Origin: Candidatus Hydrothermarchaeum profundi
GTDB taxonomy: Archaea > Hydrothermarchaeota > Hydrothermarchaeia > Hydrothermarchaeales > Hydrothermarchaeaceae
Direction of reading: 5' to 3'
Assembly: GCA_002011125.2 (NCBI GenBank)
Contig: MTMF02000009.1
Coordinates: 192,001-256,000, forward strand
DNA: 64,000 nucleotides
The notes under the pieces were generated by a model. The model made no database searches. It was not told the DNA's origin and saw only the letters and a program-made list of their open reading frames with translations. Below are positions 29,767-38,636 of this stretch, one piece after another; positions within the stretch are counted from its first letter, which is position 1, and each line of letters begins with the position of its first letter. The translations under genes were made by a program, and so were the position numbers.

Positions 29767-30008
29767 GGGATTATTGCTTCTCCACGGTATCCGGATGCTC
29801 TTATTTTTTCTATGTATCTAATTTCCTGACTAAATTTAACGGTTACTTCTGCTTTTTTTATCTTTTCTTTTGCTTTTTTTAAAGCCGCGGAGACCCTTGG
29901 TTGTGATATTCCTAAGGCTCTTGAGATTTCCTCTTGATTCATTCCCAATGCTGCCATGCGTAAAACTTGTGCCTGCCTCTCTGTAAGAATTCCTATCGAG
30001 CTTTCCAT
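29763..30008 (-). CDS. Tfx/sigma70-region-4-like HTH regulator
   Basis: LTERQAQVLRMAALGMNQEEISRALGISQPRVS; start moved to MESSIG. Confidence 0.8.
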   Translation of the reverse strand: MESSIGILTERQAQVLRMAALGMNQEEISRALGISQPRVSAALKKAKEKIKKAEVTVKFSQEIRYIEKIRASGYRGEAIIP

Positions 30009-30089
30009 GGAGTATAATATAAAAGTATTATATTTATAGCTTACTATAAGCATGTTTTTAGCAAAAAATTTTAGTTACTTTTCAGTTAA

Positions 30090-30377
30090 ATGTATGGTAT
30101 GGTAGAAATTCTCAGCTATGGAGTTGAAGAAGAGTTTGAGATCGAAAAGCTGTTGGCTTCAATAATTAAAGCCGGAGCTAGTAAAGAATTAGCAGAAGAA
30201 GTGGCTAAAAACATTAGAATCAGAGACGGCATGACAACTGATGAGATAAGAAAACAAGTAATGAAAGAACTTGAGAAACGAGCCCCGGAAGTAGCAAAAC
30301 AATACGATTTATATAAGAAAAAGAAGCTGGCAAAATTAAAAAACAGAATGGATTCAGCATACATGGTATCTTCATAA
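30090..30377 (+). CDS. Stand-alone ATP-cone domain protein
   Basis: EEFEIEKLLASIIKAGA...MTTDEIRKQV...PEVAKQY. Confidence 0.8.
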   Translation: MYGMVEILSYGVEEEFEIEKLLASIIKAGASKELAEEVAKNIRIRDGMTTDEIRKQVMKELEKRAPEVAKQYDLYKKKKLAKLKNRMDSAYMVSS

Positions 30378-30479
30378 CTCGGTTGTGCAATTTACATCAG
30401 AACCTGTTTATTATAAAAAACTATAAATATATACGGTAACTGCTTCCATAATAAAATACTATTATTTGGAGGCGAAGAA

Positions 30480-30821
30480 ATGGGAAGATTGTATGTTGAT
30501 GAAAAGGTAACGCCATATGTTGAAGAGATCACTGACGCTGATATAAAAGAATGGGAGAAAAAAGAAAAAGATGGAAGAATAGTAGATGATGTTGCAGGCG
30601 GTACAGATGTAAGTATACCCATCAGAGTAGACTACGCAAAGGATTTCCATAAAGCATGGGACCTGCTCCAGAAAAATAAGATTCCCCTTAAATACAAAAC
30701 GGTTATGACAGTTCCTCCTTTCCATGCAACAATACACGTTTTCCCAACTCATGGCGTAAAAGCGATGAAACTCTTGAGAAAAGCCGGAATAAAGATGTAT
30801 AAAGCAAAGCCTGTATTTTAA
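30480..30821 (+). CDS. Hypothetical protein
   Basis: 113 aa, GGAGG RBS, T-rich terminator-like sequence downstream. Confidence 0.7.
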   Translation: MGRLYVDEKVTPYVEEITDADIKEWEKKEKDGRIVDDVAGGTDVSIPIRVDYAKDFHKAWDLLQKNKIPLKYKTVMTVPPFHATIHVFPTHGVKAMKLLRKAGIKMYKAKPVF

Positions 30822-30859
30822 AAATTCCTTTATTTTTTTATCTGAGAGGTGAATTTAGA

Positions 30860-31387
30860 GTGGGGTGTATCCATAGAGATATCGATGACTGTAAGCTAAC
30901 CAACAGCCCATGTTTTGGTCTAGTTTACAGCGAGCAAGATGAAGAATATGTCATAGACCCCTGGAAAGAGAGTATGTGCAATTCTTTTATCAGCGACGGC
31001 AAGAATGCAGAGATTTCAACTAAAGATGAGTGGAATATTAAGGAAGGAGAAAAATTCAGTGTATTAATTAGAATTTTTGGTAGCAAAGAAGACTCTCCCA
31101 GTTATTGCAATAATGAAATCTGTATTCCAGGAGAATATCGAACCCCAGAAGAAGATGCTGAAATATTGGAGTCCCTCCTGAATAGGAGATATTCTGGTGG
31201 GATAAAAGTAGAAGGATTCAGCTTAAACTCTCCGAGGATGAGCGAATTCCCTGAAATAAGAAAGCTGATTGAGGAGGGAATGGAGCCTCCAATCACTATG
31301 GTAAATGGTGAGATAAAGTTTATTGGAGACATACAGCTGAACCTACTTAAATTAGAAATAGAAAAGTTAGGTTTAAAACCCCGGTAA
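30860..31387 (+). CDS. Hypothetical protein, Cys-rich N-terminus plus thioredoxin-like C-terminal domain
   Basis: GAGGTGA RBS; four N-terminal Cys; C-terminal PITMVNGEIKFIG typical of thioredoxin-fold proteins. Confidence 0.6.
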   Translation: MGCIHRDIDDCKLTNSPCFGLVYSEQDEEYVIDPWKESMCNSFISDGKNAEISTKDEWNIKEGEKFSVLIRIFGSKEDSPSYCNNEICIPGEYRTPEEDAEILESLLNRRYSGGIKVEGFSLNSPRMSEFPEIRKLIEEGMEPPITMVNGEIKFIGDIQLNLLKLEIEKLGLKPR

Positions 31388-31542
31388 TTTTGTATAGAGG
31401 ATATCATTAATTTGGAGGGATGGTATCCGTAGCTTTTTTGCACTATCTTTTTTATCTACATATAATTGATAGAAAACTGAAAATCCCTCTCTAATAAATA
31501 GAAAATCTCCTTAAAAGTTTAAGTCTCCCGAATAGTTAAAAT

Positions 31543-33804
31543 TTAAAACCTCTCTATTACTTTTTCAAATTCATCTAACCAGTTTAATAATCCCTGTAAA
31601 GTTCTCCTCCCTCCTAAATAAGGATAAATTTTTTCTATATATGTGATCGTTTTCCTTCTAATCTCTTCTGTTTTTTGTAAAGCTAACTCGGAGTTCTTAG
31701 CCCTTTCAGCTTCTACTAGCTCCTGCTTCGTTAGTGATAAATATTCATTGATTTCTAAATTGAGCTTACCTGCCGCTTCCCTAAGATTTTTCATTATTCG
31801 ACTACATCTCTCATGTACAGATTCCTTTTCTAAGGCAGATTCCCTAAAAATCTCCCTTATCCTACTTCTCATTTCAAGAGAGCCGTCTTCCATGACTGTT
31901 TTTAGAAATGTCTCTGGAGAAACCTTGCCACTGAGAATTAGCATCTCAATATCAGAGAGATCACTGCACACTATATTGCCCTCTTTTGCTAGCTTGCTAA
32001 CCAAGTTGGGGCAATTCCTTTTCCCCTCTTTCTTCATCTCTCCTATAAACTCTAATGCAGTGCCTATTGGAGTCACCAAGTGCTCTACGGCGATTTCTAA
32101 TGCTTGACATAGGTCGTCTATATGTTCCCAAGTTTCATTAAGAAGCTCTGGGGGCATTCCCCTGCGTCGCCCTATTTTAGCTTGTATTCCTAAAAAGTTT
32201 GCGAGAGCCATACTTTTTAATCTGAAAATGTATGGGATTTCTAAATACTCTACTCTCGCTTTATTACCGTCCCTTATAACTCTCAAAGGTACTAGAGTTT
32301 TATTGTACTCGTCGCTATTTATTAATGCAGAATTAGGATATGCCATCAGGACATCGCTAAAACTAAAAATAGGCAATACAGGATAATTGATAGACCCCTT
32401 GATGATATCAGAAACTAATAATAGCTCCTCTGAAACTTCAGATAGCGCATTTTTAGCCTTTGGTCTAGTAGTAATAATAAAAACACCGGGAATTATCCCC
32501 TCCCGTAGACACATCGAAATAATCTCTTTAGATTTTTTAATATAGTTCAGCTCGCAGCCATCAGAGGTTTTCTTAAAATATTTAATTTTTGATAGAACAA
32601 AACTTTCAACGCCTATCTGCAGTTTCCTGAAGTTTGCTTCCTTAAATTTCTTTAACAATGCATAATCGATGCTTTCCACTCTAACCATGGCGCCAAAAAT
32701 AAGTTTATCGCTTAATCCATGCAATCTTATCTTATCCAACAAGTTCTCTACCCATCTTCGATTCTGGACAAAGTGATCATCCTCGAAGGTAATCCTTGTT
32801 AAACCATTTTCAGCTGCCTTCTCTATTACATTAAGGACCTTGCCTACAGGATATCTCCTACCGGGTAGATTGCTAACACTGCAGTAAGAGCATTTTCCCC
32901 AGTTGCATCCTCTTTGCACATAAAGGCTTAAACCATCCCATTTTCTTTTTTTTATTTCGTCCCATGGGAAATCCAATGGGAGGTCTTCCATCTCACTTCT
33001 TGAAGGATATGTATATAAATTCCGAGAAAATTCTTTATATCCTATTGGAAACTCCTCTTTATTTTCTTCCTCCCACGCTCTCTTGGATTCCTCATAAGCC
33101 TCCTCCGAATCTACTTTCAAAATATGCTTTCCATTCCTTGAATTAACGATTACACCACTAAGAGGAAACGAAATCTCTATGCCTTTAATTTTTCTTTTTA
33201 TATGGATATTTTTAAGACAATCTGCCTGCTTCTCAGTTATAGGACTCTTATACTGCGCAGAGCTTATAAGTTCTATTAACTCTTCGCCTAGAAAATCCAC
33301 GTCTTTTCTAGCAAATTTCAAGCTCTCTTCCAAAGGCACTTTAAGTTCTTCATTTTCCGGGGCTCTTTTTAGATATTCAAGGATAAGGGGAAAAACTAAG
33401 TCTCCTTCCCCTTCTACCACGACATCAATTCCTACCGCATTCGATAAGGGTATGGCATTATCTTCGACGCCATGTCCTCCAACGACAACAACTACTCGGG
33501 GATCAACCTCCTTAACCTTTATTACTGTTATAAGGTTCTCTTTAAGTTCTATAGAGCTTAATATCGAGACAGCAACTACATCGTAGTTTCTACTCGCTAC
33601 CTTTTCTAATAACTCCTCCTTATCTATAGAAAAATCAACCTCATGGCCTACATTTTTCAATAGTTGGACAAACTGCAGGATCGTTGGAGCTTCATCCCGG
33701 TTATACTTACTATAATCGAGATAGAAAGCTATCTTTTTTGGAGAGGTCGTTTTTAGCATTTTAACTAGTATCTCACCTACAACTAAAAAACTATTTGTAT
33801 TCAT
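31543..33804 (-). CDS. Cobalamin-binding (class B) radical SAM protein
   Basis: VVVGGHG, GEGD B12-domain motifs; QRGCNWGKCSYC; FEDDHF; IGVES. Confidence 0.88.
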   Translation of the reverse strand: MNTNSFLVVGEILVKMLKTTSPKKIAFYLDYSKYNRDEAPTILQFVQLLKNVGHEVDFSIDKEELLEKVASRNYDVVAVSILSSIELKENLITVIKVKEVDPRVVVVVGGHGVEDNAIPLSNAVGIDVVVEGEGDLVFPLILEYLKRAPENEELKVPLEESLKFARKDVDFLGEELIELISSAQYKSPITEKQADCLKNIHIKRKIKGIEISFPLSGVIVNSRNGKHILKVDSEEAYEESKRAWEEENKEEFPIGYKEFSRNLYTYPSRSEMEDLPLDFPWDEIKKRKWDGLSLYVQRGCNWGKCSYCSVSNLPGRRYPVGKVLNVIEKAAENGLTRITFEDDHFVQNRRWVENLLDKIRLHGLSDKLIFGAMVRVESIDYALLKKFKEANFRKLQIGVESFVLSKIKYFKKTSDGCELNYIKKSKEIISMCLREGIIPGVFIITTRPKAKNALSEVSEELLLVSDIIKGSINYPVLPIFSFSDVLMAYPNSALINSDEYNKTLVPLRVIRDGNKARVEYLEIPYIFRLKSMALANFLGIQAKIGRRRGMPPELLNETWEHIDDLCQALEIAVEHLVTPIGTALEFIGEMKKEGKRNCPNLVSKLAKEGNIVCSDLSDIEMLILSGKVSPETFLKTVMEDGSLEMRSRIREIFRESALEKESVHERCSRIMKNLREAAGKLNLEINEYLSLTKQELVEAERAKNSELALQKTEEIRRKTITYIEKIYPYLGGRRTLQGLLNWLDEFEKVIERF

Positions 33805-33817
33805 CTAATATTTTTTC

Positions 33818-34432
33818 ATGGACTTTGAAAAACTAAAGGAAGAGGTTGCTAAAAAAATGAATGCGCCTGGCCATGATTTCCTACATGTTGTAAGAGTTTA
33901 TAATCTTGCAAAAAAGATTGGAAGGAATGAGAACTGCGATATGGACATTCTACTAGCTGCTTCTCTACTGCATGACATAGGCAGAGGAGAAGGTGTAGAG
34001 CATTCTAAAAAATCTGTCGAAATCGCTGGAGAGATATTGAGAAAGATCGACTTTCCTGAAGAAAAAATAAGAGACGTACTGTACGCAATTAGCCTGCATA
34101 GATATCGGGATGGGATTACTCCTCATACGCTGGAGGGAAAGATTCTACAAGATGCAGATAGATTGGATGCTATAGGGGCTATTGGGATTATAAGATGTTT
34201 CACTTATGGTGGGGCCCATGGTAGGATGGACTACCATCCAGAGGATCCATTCTTTGAGACGCCTAGGAGACTTGAAGGCGACCGGTATTCGTTAGACCAT
34301 TTCTACGATAAATTATTCAAGCTTAAAAATACTCTACATACAGAAATGGCCCGCAAAATAGCAGAAGGTAGGTATGAGTTTATGCGGGAATTTCTCAGAA
34401 GATTGAAAGACGAGATAGACAGCCAAAGCTAA
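33818..34432 (+). CDS. HD-domain phosphohydrolase
   Basis: HDFLHVVRV, LLHDIG, QDADRLDAIGAIG. Confidence 0.92.
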   Translation: MDFEKLKEEVAKKMNAPGHDFLHVVRVYNLAKKIGRNENCDMDILLAASLLHDIGRGEGVEHSKKSVEIAGEILRKIDFPEEKIRDVLYAISLHRYRDGITPHTLEGKILQDADRLDAIGAIGIIRCFTYGGAHGRMDYHPEDPFFETPRRLEGDRYSLDHFYDKLFKLKNTLHTEMARKIAEGRYEFMREFLRRLKDEIDSQS

Positions 34433-35349
34433 ATTGTACTTCGTTGCCTTATTTGTTTACTAAGTTTTGCTGCCTCACTAAGGATCTCCATTATTTCTTC
34501 ATCAGAAATGCCTCTCCTTATTGGTCCTAAGAGATCGAACACGTATCTATCATCGTCGATCATAAAAAATCTCAATTTGCCATCAGCCGTTATACGTAGC
34601 AGTTTACATCTGAGACCACTGCATTCATCTGGATCTTGGACTGCCTTACAAGTAACGATTTGAGAATTACCTACATGGTATACCATTCTATCATATTTAG
34701 ATCGCCTGACCTCAAGACTGTCAGCTCTTTTTTCTAGATATTTTTCAAGCTCACTTATCGGATAATAGTTGTCTCCATAGAACTCTTTGTTTTCCCTTGT
34801 TTCTATAAGCTCGATGAACTGTATATTGCAACCAACATCATTGGCAAAGACTATAATATCATCGATCTCATCTAAATTCTTTTCTTTCAACACCAAAGTG
34901 TTTATCTCAACGGGTATTCCTATAGATACAGCCTTCTTAATTCCCTCTAATACCTCTTCCAAGGTATCCTGTCCACCTATAGAGGCGTAGACTTCCTTCC
35001 TAAGAGTATCAAGGCTTACATTTATCCTATCCAAATAAATATCAGGATTCTCCTCAAGGAATTTCTTTAAAAAAACACCATTCGTTGTAATTGACAGTAC
35101 CGAGATTTTTTTTAATTCTGAAAGTTTCCTCAATATCTCGGCTATATCCTTTCTTAAGAGAGGCTCTCCCCCTGTGATCTTTATTTTTCTTACGCCAATT
35201 CCAGTAGCTATATTGGCAATCCTTGCAATCTCATCGGGAGTAAACCTCTCACGACTAACCGTCTCCCGGTACCCCTCCTTATGGCAATAAATGCATTTTA
35301 GATTACAATCGGGGGTAACTGATATTCTTAAGCTTCCTATCAAGTTCAT
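34429..35349 (-). CDS. moaA: MoaA-like radical SAM protein (GTP 3',8-cyclase family) with atypical C-terminal Cys motif
   Basis: LRISVTPDCNLKCIYCHKEG, ITGGEPLLR, INVSLDTL, LRITADGKL. Confidence 0.75.
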   Translation of the reverse strand: MNLIGSLRISVTPDCNLKCIYCHKEGYRETVSRERFTPDEIARIANIATGIGVRKIKITGGEPLLRKDIAEILRKLSELKKISVLSITTNGVFLKKFLEENPDIYLDRINVSLDTLRKEVYASIGGQDTLEEVLEGIKKAVSIGIPVEINTLVLKEKNLDEIDDIIVFANDVGCNIQFIELIETRENKEFYGDNYYPISELEKYLEKRADSLEVRRSKYDRMVYHVGNSQIVTCKAVQDPDECSGLRCKLLRITADGKLRFFMIDDDRYVFDLLGPIRRGISDEEIMEILSEAAKLSKQIRQRSTI

Positions 35350-35357
35350 ATCTCGAA

Positions 35358-36452
35358 TTAAAACGTTTTTGGACTGGAAGGGAGATAAGGATAATCCTCC
35401 TTAATCATTTCCTCCTCCCTGACCAGATGGAAATTTTCCTTCAACATATTTTTTTCAGGAACACTCATGCAAAGCTTGGATATGCTACTGTAGTCTAATT
35501 GCTCTGCAGCTTTAATCATCGCTTCAACCTGAGTATAATCGTGCTCAATTATGGTTTTGGTAATCAAACCCAGGCCTCTATAAAAGTCCATGGCTACAAT
35601 TCCCTCTCTGTATTCCCTCTTTATGTCTTCATCGAAATTGTACTTATCTGCAATTTTTGATTTAAGCTCCTCGTTTACCAGGTCATCACAAAAATAGGGG
35701 ACCCACTGTGCCATATGCTTAGTGATATGTTCCCTCTGTAGCTTTAAATACTGAAGGGCCAGTTCTTTGTCTCCCCTCTTCCATGCCTTAAGCTCGTCGT
35801 CACACAGCCTAAACATAAATTCTATCTCGATTTTTATATCGTCAGGAGGATCATTTCCAAATCTCAGGGCAACATTATAAGATGCCATCCTGTAGAGGTC
35901 TTTAACTTCCTGGGTGGAATCCCCCATTGTCTGCTTTTCACTAAGATAAATGCTTTCATAACAGCAAACCCACGGCATTAGTCCATCGTAGAACACCATT
36001 AAATACTCTCCAGAGAGATCATCGGCTAGCTTTTTGACTTTTGCGCCTCTAAACCTCTCAACAAACTTAGAGATGAGATTTAGTCCTTCCTCTACCCGAC
36101 TATCATTATAAATGCTGCATGCATCTCTTATTTTCTCAGAAAAGGTTCCACTCAGTATATCCTTTACAAGCTCTAAAGAGGGATCAGTAAAGCTCCTGAA
36201 TAATTGAAAATATATTTCCCTCCTTTTTTTTAAAAGCTTTACATATTCTTCCGGAGAATTCGGAATTTGTGGAACATGAGAAAAGTTAGGTTCCCTTCCC
36301 CGAATCAAATCATGCCATTCATCTTCATCGCTTACCAACATTGACTTAACCCAAAAAAGATAGCCATGTTTTTTATTCAATTTTTCCCATTTTTTACGCA
36401 GATCTGGATCTAACCAAGCTTTCACTTTTACTGTGCTTCTATCCTTTTTCAT
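35358..36452 (-). CDS. TorD/DmsD-family maturation chaperone, extended
   Basis: YESIYL...PDDIKIEIEFM...HMAQWVPYFC...FYRGLG pattern; position in Mo/W enzyme operon. Confidence 0.8.
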   Translation of the reverse strand: MKKDRSTVKVKAWLDPDLRKKWEKLNKKHGYLFWVKSMLVSDEDEWHDLIRGREPNFSHVPQIPNSPEEYVKLLKKRREIYFQLFRSFTDPSLELVKDILSGTFSEKIRDACSIYNDSRVEEGLNLISKFVERFRGAKVKKLADDLSGEYLMVFYDGLMPWVCCYESIYLSEKQTMGDSTQEVKDLYRMASYNVALRFGNDPPDDIKIEIEFMFRLCDDELKAWKRGDKELALQYLKLQREHITKHMAQWVPYFCDDLVNEELKSKIADKYNFDEDIKREYREGIVAMDFYRGLGLITKTIIEHDYTQVEAMIKAAEQLDYSSISKLCMSVPEKNMLKENFHLVREEEMIKEDYPYLPSSPKTF

Positions 36453-36482
36453 CTCAAATCCTCCAAAAGAAAATCATTATAT

Positions 36483-36629
36483 TTAAAACCGTGGTTTCCG
36501 TGGACCATGAGTCACAGGTTTAACCAATTTGTTAATACTTCTCCTGCCGCACTCAGGGCACCCGTAGGTTTCCCACTCTTCTTTAACAAATCTGGTGCCA
36601 CATCCACTACAACTATACCAGACAGACAC
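36483..36629 (-). CDS. Zinc-ribbon microprotein (48 aa)
   Basis: Not in ORF track. GTG start after GGAGGTGA; MSVWYSCSGCGTRFVKEEWETYGCPECGRRSINKLVKPVTHGPRKPRF. Confidence 0.75.
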   Translation of the reverse strand: MSVWYSCSGCGTRFVKEEWETYGCPECGRRSINKLVKPVTHGPRKPRF

Positions 36630-36635
36630 CCACGC

Positions 36636-37475
36636 TCACCTCCTAACCTTTTTAACCCGGCTTAAGGCAGGCCTCCATCCCTTTTCCAATATAGGCACAG
36701 GGAAATCTTTAGGAATAGCGTAGAACACGTGGCCTATTCTCTCGATAATTCTCACCTTAGCCATCTCGCCAATATAGTTTTTCAAGTCTTCAAAGCGTCC
36801 AAATACCATACAACTCGTAGCACATTTCGTGGAACAAGCCGACCACATGCCATTATATTCAATTCTGGTGATAGGTTTCCTTTCTGCGAGTTTCTTTCCA
36901 GACAGTGGATTACCCTCCTCATCTACCAAGCGTCCTTTTTTGTCCCTTTTTATTCTGCCAATTTCATCATAAACTACGCTGTGAAGTTTGCCACCCCCCT
37001 CCAGAACATACCTGTAAATGTGTTTAATTTCCTCCTCGGTATAAGTCTTAGTGTAATCGACCCTTCTCATGCAAAAATCGCACTTAAAGACCCTCCCATA
37101 TCTACTATCCCATTGCATAGCCCCAAAGGGGCATGCCTGCATACAACGCTTACATCCTATACAAGCAGGGGTATCCACATATACGATCCCATCTTTGGTT
37201 CTTCTCTTAACTGCATTCGTAGGACATGCTTCGAGACAAGGAGCAGGGTCACAGTGATAACAAAGCATTGGAATATAAAGCGTCTTAATCCTACCGTTAG
37301 ATCTCACAGGTCCTACTTGCATCACCCGAATCCATCTTGGTCCCATGGGTATATCATTCTCAAGCTTACAGTGTACCTCGCAACTAAAACAGCCTATGCA
37401 TTTTTTTAAATCAATAAACATTACAATGTCATTTGATGAAAGTTCTTTTTGGGGGGCCTCTGCCATTAATTCCAT
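36636..37475 (-). CDS. 4Fe-4S ferredoxin subunit (DmsB/TtrB-like) no. 2, with large insertion
   Basis: CIGCFSCEVHC, CYHCDPAPCLEACP, CIGCKRCMQACP, CDFC...(long insert)...ACSTKCAT. Confidence 0.9.
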   Translation of the reverse strand: MELMAEAPQKELSSNDIVMFIDLKKCIGCFSCEVHCKLENDIPMGPRWIRVMQVGPVRSNGRIKTLYIPMLCYHCDPAPCLEACPTNAVKRRTKDGIVYVDTPACIGCKRCMQACPFGAMQWDSRYGRVFKCDFCMRRVDYTKTYTEEEIKHIYRYVLEGGGKLHSVVYDEIGRIKRDKKGRLVDEEGNPLSGKKLAERKPITRIEYNGMWSACSTKCATSCMVFGRFEDLKNYIGEMAKVRIIERIGHVFYAIPKDFPVPILEKGWRPALSRVKKVRR

Positions 37476-37477
37476 TT

Positions 37478-37753
37478 TTATTTCTCCTTTACCTTAGGTT
37501 TCAATTTTTCATATGGAATGATCTCACGTTTTTCCGGATATGCCCATGAAGGGCTGATAAGAGTATTTTCTTCATCTCTTGCAAAGAAAGCACTTCCAAG
37601 TCTCCAAGCATTTTCCTCTCTTATAACCGTAGTTGCATATTTCCATTGTTTTCCCGGCTTCAAAATTATTTTCTGTAATTCCCTCTGTACCATGCCCATT
37701 ACTTCAATTTTAGTACCGGGTATAAACCTAGAGGAAGATTTTTTTCTAGGCAT
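37478..37753 (-). CDS. Small basic protein homologous to the C-terminal tail of ferredoxin subunit no. 1
   Basis: IREENAWRLGSAFF...NTLISPSWAYPEKREIIP aligns with FREWTARKLASVFL...DTLVCPAWAFPEKNFFIP. Confidence 0.75.
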   Translation of the reverse strand: MPRKKSSSRFIPGTKIEVMGMVQRELQKIILKPGKQWKYATTVIREENAWRLGSAFFARDEENTLISPSWAYPEKREIIPYEKLKPKVKEK

Positions 37754-37825
37754 TTAGACTCACATCAAACTTAAAATAAAAAATAAATAGGAAGAAGAGT
37801 TTCTTCCCATTTTCAGTTAAGCAAC

Positions 37826-38623
37826 CTATTTTTTAGCCTCGACCTTAAGCTTCACTGCAGGTGTGATTTTTGTTACCTTCTCAACTAAAGCTCCAGGTTT
37901 CCTCCTTATCCTTGGGATAAAGAAATTCTTCTCAGGAAACGCCCACGCTGGACAAACAAGCGTATCATTTCCCATGCCGCCTAGAAACACTGAGGCCAGC
38001 TTTCTCGCCGTCCATTCCCTAAAGTACGTCATGATATCATCAGGGTTACCAACATAGATACAGTGCGTAGCACATTTCGTAGCGCATGCCGGCTGCAAAC
38101 CACGATCTATTCTGTCTATGCAATAGTCGCATTTTATAACCTTATTAGTCCTGCTATCCCACTGCATAGCCCCAAAGGGGCATGCCTGCATACAACGCTT
38201 ACATCCAATGCATTTCTCACTATCCACGTACACTATACCATCCTTAGCTCTTTTAATAAGAGCTCCAGTAGGGCAGGATTCCACACAAGCTGCATGACCG
38301 CACATGAAGCAATTCATTGGATAATAGATTGTCTTAAGATGTCTTCCTACTCTCTTAGGTCCTATCTGCATTACACGCATCCTTCTAGGACCCATTGGAT
38401 CATCGTGTTCAAGTTTACAGTGCGTTTCACAACTGAAGCACCCTATACATCTCCTTAGATCTACGAAAAATGTTATATGATCCGGGATTATACCCCATCT
38501 ATCCGCAGCTTGCACGTTCCAATAGTTCATCGCCTCCTTTCTCTCATTGGCATACCTGCCATTTTCAGGAGCCAGGTTCAACAGCTTATCTTTCAGTGTT
38601 AGTCTTTCAGACTGATTGCTCAT
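37826..38623 (-). CDS. 4Fe-4S ferredoxin subunit (DmsB/TtrB-like) no. 1
   Basis: Four Cys clusters; start moved to MSNQSE (GGAGG RBS 8 nt upstream). Confidence 0.9.
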   Translation of the reverse strand: MSNQSERLTLKDKLLNLAPENGRYANERKEAMNYWNVQAADRWGIIPDHITFFVDLRRCIGCFSCETHCKLEHDDPMGPRRMRVMQIGPKRVGRHLKTIYYPMNCFMCGHAACVESCPTGALIKRAKDGIVYVDSEKCIGCKRCMQACPFGAMQWDSRTNKVIKCDYCIDRIDRGLQPACATKCATHCIYVGNPDDIMTYFREWTARKLASVFLGGMGNDTLVCPAWAFPEKNFFIPRIRRKPGALVEKVTKITPAVKLKVEAKK

Positions 38624-38636
38624 TTTCATCGCCTCC

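Noticed and set aside
36483-36629. Calling the zinc ribbon RNA polymerase subunit Rpo12
   Set aside because: Similar Cys spacing, but the context is a redox operon and the C-terminal motif does not match well; left unnamed.
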